Assembly (NCBI GenBank): GCA_049322675.1
Contig: JBMORM010000009.1
Span: 92,995-156,994 of the forward strand
Length of the DNA stretch: 64,000 bases
DNA from: Patescibacteria group bacterium
GTDB lineage: Bacteria > Patescibacteriota > JAHJAL01
Reading direction: 5' to 3'
A program made the position numbers and the translations under genes. This document shows, in pieces, positions 58,967 to 64,000 of this stretch; within the stretch, counting starts at the first letter, position 1, and each line of letters opens with the position of its first letter. Under the pieces are notes generated by a model. The model was not told the origin of the DNA and did not search any database. It saw only the letters and a program-made list of their open reading frames with translations.

Positions 58967-59803
58967 TTACAAAAAAACATAGGCTAAACAGCAGATGATA
59001 ACGACGAAAGCAAATAATTTTCTTTTTTTGATTCTTTCTTTTAGTAAATAAACGGAAATGATTGTAGTTAAAATCGGATATAGAAGTCCGATTAGACTGG
59101 TTTTGGCAACTCCGATATATTTGAAACTATAGTAGGACAAAACCATAGTTAATACTGCAAATACGGCGATTAACCATGTTTGCCAGAGATTTTTTTTGGT
59201 AGCTAGTTTGAATTTGTTGCGAAAACTAAAATAAAAAATCAGGGCGACAAAACCGGTGCGAATAAAATACAGAGAGGCAGGACTAAACACGTTGAGCAGT
59301 TGGTTAATAAATAGGCTTTCAATCGAGGCAAGAATAATGGAGAGTAGCAATGGTACGGTTATAGAAAAATTGTCGATTCGCCAGCGATGAATATGGCTAA
59401 TAAATAATGTGGGTGCTGCTACCAAGGCAGCAATAATTATCTTGTCATTGCGTTCATCCGGGATTAAAAGTAAGGACAGAAAGATGGTAAAAAGGGGTTG
59501 GGTAATGGATATCAACTGAAAATCAGTTAATGATTCCTTTTGCAGACAGGCATAATAAAAATAGTTCCAGATAGCCGCAAGTGAGATCATACACACAAAG
59601 GCCAGGATCGATTCCCAATTCCAAAACAATTCCCAATTGATACCTCCCAGCCAGGGCAAGGCAAAAGAAGTGGTTAAACAAAGGAATATAAATAGCCAGA
59701 TCATGAATGACAGAACATGCATTTTTTCACGAGAAAGAAGATGTTTGTTGACGGTAGTGGCAATTACATTGGCTAGCGCCGAACCAAAAGCGTAGAACAT
59801 CAA
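58967..59803 (-). CDS. EamA/DMT-family membrane transporter
   Basis: 278 aa with about 10 TM helices. It shows a duplicated EamA-like architecture. Confidence 0.55.
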   Translation of the reverse strand: MMFYAFGSALANVIATTVNKHLLSREKMHVLSFMIWLFIFLCLTTSFALPWLGGINWELFWNWESILAFVCMISLAAIWNYFYYACLQKESLTDFQLISITQPLFTIFLSLLLIPDERNDKIIIAALVAAPTLFISHIHRWRIDNFSITVPLLLSIILASIESLFINQLLNVFSPASLYFIRTGFVALIFYFSFRNKFKLATKKNLWQTWLIAVFAVLTMVLSYYSFKYIGVAKTSLIGLLYPILTTIISVYLLKERIKKRKLFAFVVIICCLAYVFL

Positions 59804-59874
59804 TACAATTTTTAATTTTTAATTTTTAATTTTTAAACACATATTGTTTAGAAACTAAAAATTAGAAATCGATG

Positions 59875-61434
59875 TTATTGAATTCTGGGAAATAATGGAT
59901 TGATAGGTTGAATTTCGATGTCTGATTTAAGTTGTCCCCAGGTTAATAATTGTTGATACTTTTCGGTGTTGTCTGTCTGATTTTTCGAACTATCAAAATA
60001 ATCTTGGCCGAGAGCAACCAAAATTTTTTGGGAAATTTTTGGAGTAATTGGCTCAAGCAATAAGGCAATTAGTCTAATCGTTTCAATTAAATTTAAAATA
60101 ACCGTTTTTAGTTTGGCGGCGTTACCGTTTTTTGCCAATTCCCATGGTTTCTGATCATCCACATATTTATTGGCAACTTCGATCATAAGCCAAATTTCTT
60201 GCAACAACAAATCTGTCCGACCAAATTTTCCCTGATTAAAATCATACGAGGAAATATCCGGAATGTTAATAGGGATATCTTTTTCTAACATGGCATTAGA
60301 TAATATTTTGCCGGCAAAATATTTTTGGTTCATGGCAATAACGCGTGAAACTAGATTACCGAGCTTGTTGGCCAATTCGGAGTTGTATATTTCCTGAAAA
60401 CGCTCAACTGTCATATCGCTATCTTGAAAAGCACTGATTTCTTTTAATAAAATTAGACGCAAGGCATTTGGTCCGTATTTGGCGGAAAGTTCTTGAGGAT
60501 CAATCACATTTCCCAGACTTTTGCTCATCTTTTGCCCGCCACTAAGAATATGGCCATGGGTATAAATAATTTTTGGCAAAGGCAAATCTGCAGCCAACAA
60601 GATGGCCGGCCAAATGGCGGCGTGAAAACGCAAGATATCGTGACCGATCAAATGAGTGTTGGCTGGCCAATATTCGCGAAGCTTATTGTTTTGATCAAAA
60701 TAGTTTATACCGGACAAATAGTTGGTTAAAGCATCACACCAGACATACATTACTTGACTCTGATCACCGGGGACTGGTACTCCCCAAGGCATTTTTTCTT
60801 GGGAACGGGAAAAACTGACGTCCAAAAGTCCGTCTTTTAGAAGCGATACTATTTGATTCTCGCGTTCTAAAGGTAATATTTTTAATTCACCGGAAGTTAT
60901 TTTTTGCAAAATAATTTCGGAAAACTGGGATAATTTAAAAAAATAATTTTCTTCTGAGATTAATTCTGGTTTTTTGAGGTGGTCAGGACATTCTCCGTGT
61001 TCGTTGAGTTCATTTTCTTTTTTATAGGCTTCACAACCGGAACAGTAAAGACCGCTGAATTGTTTTTTTTCCAGAAGTCCTTTGGCTTGCAGTCTATTCC
61101 ATATTTCAAAAACTGTCGGCCAGTGTTTTTTCTGGTCGGTAGTACGAATGAAATCGTTATAAGAAACCTGATGGTCGTCGATCATTTTTTTGACTAAAGA
61201 ACTAATATGATCAACGTATTCTTGCGGCGTTTGACTATTTTTCAAAGCTGTATGATAAATCTTGGAACCATTTTCGTCCGTACCGGTCAGAAAAAATACA
61301 TCTTTTCCTAATAATCTTTGCAGACGGGCAATGGCGTCCGCTTGGAATGTTTCCAAGGCAAAACCAATGTGGGGTTTACTATTGGCGTAAACAATAGATG
61401 TGGTTATGTAAAATTTTTGGGACACTTTATTCAA
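59875..61434 (-). CDS. metG: Methionyl-tRNA synthetase
   Basis: 519 aa. The HIGH-region equivalent is ITTSIVYANSKPHIGFALE, with KMSKS. The Zn knuckle reads CSGCEAY...CPDH. Confidence 0.9.
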   Translation of the reverse strand: MNKVSQKFYITTSIVYANSKPHIGFALETFQADAIARLQRLLGKDVFFLTGTDENGSKIYHTALKNSQTPQEYVDHISSLVKKMIDDHQVSYNDFIRTTDQKKHWPTVFEIWNRLQAKGLLEKKQFSGLYCSGCEAYKKENELNEHGECPDHLKKPELISEENYFFKLSQFSEIILQKITSGELKILPLERENQIVSLLKDGLLDVSFSRSQEKMPWGVPVPGDQSQVMYVWCDALTNYLSGINYFDQNNKLREYWPANTHLIGHDILRFHAAIWPAILLAADLPLPKIIYTHGHILSGGQKMSKSLGNVIDPQELSAKYGPNALRLILLKEISAFQDSDMTVERFQEIYNSELANKLGNLVSRVIAMNQKYFAGKILSNAMLEKDIPINIPDISSYDFNQGKFGRTDLLLQEIWLMIEVANKYVDDQKPWELAKNGNAAKLKTVILNLIETIRLIALLLEPITPKISQKILVALGQDYFDSSKNQTDNTEKYQQLLTWGQLKSDIEIQPINPLFPRIQ

Positions 61435-61486
61435 TTAATAATGGATAATGAATAGTGAATAATATGTATTATTATTTTGATTCTTG

Positions 61487-62281
61487 CTACTTGCTACTTG
61501 ATACTTTTTTCAAGTTTTCTAATATATAGTATAACTTTTTCCACTCAGTTTGCGCCAGGGTTTGGGCTCGCCGAGTGGGATCAATTTGTGCTTCGGTTAG
61601 AATATTTTTAATCTGATCTTTGGGGATTTTATAACCGGATGATAAATTATTGAGAATAGTTTTACGGCGAGAAGAAAAACCAATTTTGATCAAGCGAAAA
61701 AAGTCCTCAAAATTATCTGCATCCGGGGTTTTGATATTATCCACAGCTAAAACAGCGGAATCAACTTTGGGGATTGGCCTGAAAGCTGATTTGTCAACTT
61801 TGCAGATTAGTTTGGGCTGGCCATAAGCATTGATCAGATTTGATAGTTTGGTTTGATTATCGGGCGCGGCTATGATTTTTTTGGCGACTTCGTATTGAAT
61901 CATCAAGACGACAGATTGCGGCAACGATAAACCATGCTGAAAAATATTTCGAAAAATCAATCCGGTAACATGATAAGGAATATTGGCGACAATTTTATAT
62001 TTTTTGCTCTTGATGTATTGTCGCCAATCAATCTGGTTGAAATCGGCGTTAATAATTTTTAAGTTGGAATATTTTTGCTGAAGTTTTTCCAAATCAGGAA
62101 TCAAAGAGTCGTCGATTTCAAAAGCAATTACTTTCTGGACTTTTTGACATAATTGTTCAGTCAGTATTCCCCTACCCGGCCCGATTTCGACGACAATATC
62201 TTCAGATGACAAATCAGCTGCCTCGATAATTTTTGGCAGCAAAGATTTGTTGACTAAAAAATTTTGACTGAAACGGACCAA
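61487..62281 (-). CDS. rsmA: 16S rRNA (adenine1518/1519-N6)-dimethyltransferase RsmA/KsgA
   Basis: FSQNFLVNKSLLPKIIEAADLSSEDIVVEIGPGRGILTEQL is the SAM-binding motif. Total length is 264 aa. Confidence 0.85.
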   Translation of the reverse strand: MVRFSQNFLVNKSLLPKIIEAADLSSEDIVVEIGPGRGILTEQLCQKVQKVIAFEIDDSLIPDLEKLQQKYSNLKIINADFNQIDWRQYIKSKKYKIVANIPYHVTGLIFRNIFQHGLSLPQSVVLMIQYEVAKKIIAAPDNQTKLSNLINAYGQPKLICKVDKSAFRPIPKVDSAVLAVDNIKTPDADNFEDFFRLIKIGFSSRRKTILNNLSSGYKIPKDQIKNILTEAQIDPTRRAQTLAQTEWKKLYYILENLKKVSSSK

Positions 62282-62314
62282 TTATTATGATTAATTATTT
62301 TTGATGGATTATAA

Positions 62315-63529
62315 TCATATCGGTGAGACAGTCACTTCGGCTAAACCTTGTCCCAATGGAGCAATGGCAGCAAAGGCAACTGAATTGAGGTCAATAATAC
62401 GACCAGTCCATTCGGCCGGACCATAGTCATTGACGACTACCACGACTGAGGCGCCTGTGGAATTGTTGGTGACCAAAAGATTGGTACCTTTTGGGTAGGT
62501 TCGGTGTGCGCAAGCTGGGGTACTGCCGTAATAATACCAACTAGCCGTACCAACTTGTCCGACACCGGTTGGGGCCGGATAATATATTGGTTCTGGCTCC
62601 GGCGTCTTTTGACCGCGAGCAATACGTGTAGGTTTTGGCTCAGAAATTGTTTGTTCGTTGATTATTTCGCGGTTTATCTCTGTATTATTCTCATATGTTA
62701 AGCGATAAGTGACTGTTTTTGTTCCATTTTGGCCTGGTTCTAAAACCGTTTCTTCACCAATAAACATGTCAGAGTTGTCAACGTAGATAGTCTCAAAAGG
62801 AATAATCTGATCTTCAGATACTTCTTTGGAGTAAGTACTGGCCAATGATATTTCTTCTCCTGAACGTATTTCTTCATCCGGATTATTGTTGACCAGTTCT
62901 TCGTTAATATTTAATTCTTCTTTGGCTTGAGCCAGCAATTCGGCTTTGGTTTTGGCTTGGGTTTGCATTTCATATTTTTTTTCGCCGAAAGTGACGGTGA
63001 CTGGCAACGCTCGATCAATGACAATAGTACCTCCGGAAGCGATCTTTTTTTCCAGGTTGGGATATACTCTATCTTTGGAATTTAAACGAATGTTACAAGA
63101 AGCGAGTATGTCGCCGACGGTAGCGGCGCGGGTTTGGATTGAATAGGAACGATTTTGATCAACAATTTGTATTGGGATTATTGAATCCAAAATGGAAATA
63201 CGCGTTGGAGTTCCATCAAGTTGAGTATTTCGGTCAGGGAAGGAGATAGTTCCGCTTGGTAAAGTAATATCTATTTCCGCCAGTGCTTCGGCAACCGTTG
63301 TCGCACGACTAATATGGGCGATTTTTTGGCCATTATTGTCGATTGTCAATTTTGTGGCCTTGTGAAGTAGAAATTGTTTGGAAGATAGATCGACAGGTGT
63401 ATCGGATTTGGCAGACGAGTGGTTGACCGGTTGAGACAAAACCACTAGCAAACAAGCAAGCATCAAAATGCCGCCGTAAATCAGAGTTCCTTGATTTATT
63501 TCTTTTTTCACCTCCATAATCGTAACCAA
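62315..63529 (-). CDS. YabE-like cell-wall protein (DUF348 / G5 / C-terminal 3D or RlpA-like double-psi beta-barrel domain)
   Basis: 404 aa. An N-terminal TM is followed by a G5-like segment. The C-terminus GTASWYYYGSTPACAHRTYPKGTNLLVTNNSTGASVVVVVNDYGP matches the 3D/RlpA-like core. Confidence 0.55.
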   Translation of the reverse strand: MVTIMEVKKEINQGTLIYGGILMLACLLVVLSQPVNHSSAKSDTPVDLSSKQFLLHKATKLTIDNNGQKIAHISRATTVAEALAEIDITLPSGTISFPDRNTQLDGTPTRISILDSIIPIQIVDQNRSYSIQTRAATVGDILASCNIRLNSKDRVYPNLEKKIASGGTIVIDRALPVTVTFGEKKYEMQTQAKTKAELLAQAKEELNINEELVNNNPDEEIRSGEEISLASTYSKEVSEDQIIPFETIYVDNSDMFIGEETVLEPGQNGTKTVTYRLTYENNTEINREIINEQTISEPKPTRIARGQKTPEPEPIYYPAPTGVGQVGTASWYYYGSTPACAHRTYPKGTNLLVTNNSTGASVVVVVNDYGPAEWTGRIIDLNSVAFAAIAPLGQGLAEVTVSPI

Positions 63530-63603
63530 ACTAGGTTACAATAAGATATTATACATAATCGCTCCGCTTTTTTCAAAGTTTAAAAAAGCATATAATGCTT
63601 GTA

Positions 63604-64000
63604 TGGAAAAAAAATACTTATCCAAATATTTACTGCCCGTAAAGAATTTCGTCCAAAAAGTCGGCAAATTGCAAAGGGACAAGTTTTATCTTGACCGCGA
63701 GATCAATTTATCAACCAGTAAGGACGTACATTTGAAAATTGATTTGGAGTCTGAAGAAAAAATAAAAAAATATTTGACCGACGCTTTCCCGGAAATTGGT
63801 TTTTTGGGAGAAGAGTCGGGCCGAAATGATGCCAAGAAATCCTATTGGGTGGTAGATCCCTTGGATGGAACAGTAAACTATTATTTTTATAATCCCCTGT
63901 TTGCAATTTCTATTGCCTTGGTTGAGAACCAAGATATTGTTTTTGCGATAATTTACGCCCCAATGACTGGAGAATTTTTTTGGGCGGGGAAGAACGAAGG
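63604..64000 (+). CDS. suhB: Inositol monophosphatase family protein (partial, runs off window end)
   Basis: IGFLGEESG and WVVDPLDGTVNY are the IMPase family motifs. Confidence 0.7.

Overview
This is an AT-rich, gene-dense 64-kb bacterial window. I infer a small-genome Patescibacteria/CPR-like organism from several features: all five tRNAs lack an encoded CCA, TTG/GTG starts are frequent, there is one giant surface protein, and a compact FoF1 operon. The standard genetic code is in use, since long ORFs are intact.

Left part (1-5 kb): a geranylgeranyl-reductase-family FAD oxidoreductase, a MazG-like NTPase and a tRNA-Gly/tRNA-Leu pair sit beside a striking palindromic spacer. These are followed by a NYN-domain protein, an anaerobe oxidative-stress pair (desulfoferrodoxin/superoxide reductase plus rubrerythrin) and an ECF sigma factor with a downstream membrane protein.

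5.2-19.8 kb: a four-gene minus-strand operon of two N-terminally anchored proteins, a 595-aa secreted Cys-rich protein and a 3,817-aa giant secreted protein. The giant protein contains about 10 cysteine-poor CUB-like domains, a long Asp-rich thrombospondin-type-3-like calcium-binding repeat tract, Fn3-like and LamG-like modules and C-terminal tandem repeats.

Middle (20-33 kb): a DUF333-type lipoprotein, a NUDIX gene interrupted by an in-frame TGA, tRNA-Leu(GAG), an oligopeptide-type ABC substrate-binding protein, secG and tRNA-Cys. Then pcrA/uvrD helicase, tRNA-Val, a PAP2 phosphatase, a GldA/GldF/GldG-like ABC-2 transporter and two paralogous beta-carbonic-anhydrase-like proteins.

33-40 kb: the complete F-type ATP synthase operon (atpZ-B-E-F-H-A-G-D-C). 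An antisense four-helix-bundle (23S-rRNA-IVS-protein family) gene flanked by inverted repeats is inserted between atpG and atpD.

40-49 kb: an island of lineage-specific proteins arranged as two paralogous cassettes, each a small helical protein followed by a large protein of about 750 aa with a Gly-rich membrane segment. The first large protein carries a C-terminal transglutaminase-like Cys-His-Asp domain. An 822-aa zinc-ribbon protein follows.

Right part (49-64 kb): infC-rpmI-rplT, greA, a LysRS fused to a C-terminal HD (YqeK-like) domain, four small unknown ORFs, priA, tatD, an EamA transporter, metG, rsmA/ksgA, a YabE-like G5/3D cell-wall protein and suhB.

Non-coding highlights: a roughly 100-115-nt conserved leader element, tandemly duplicated at two loci, lies immediately 5' of three tRNA genes. 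A dispersed GGAAATTGGAAA/TTTCCAATTTCC intergenic repeat family has one copy in frame inside atpG. There is a 25-bp perfect inverted repeat between two tRNAs. No CRISPR array and no rRNA were seen.
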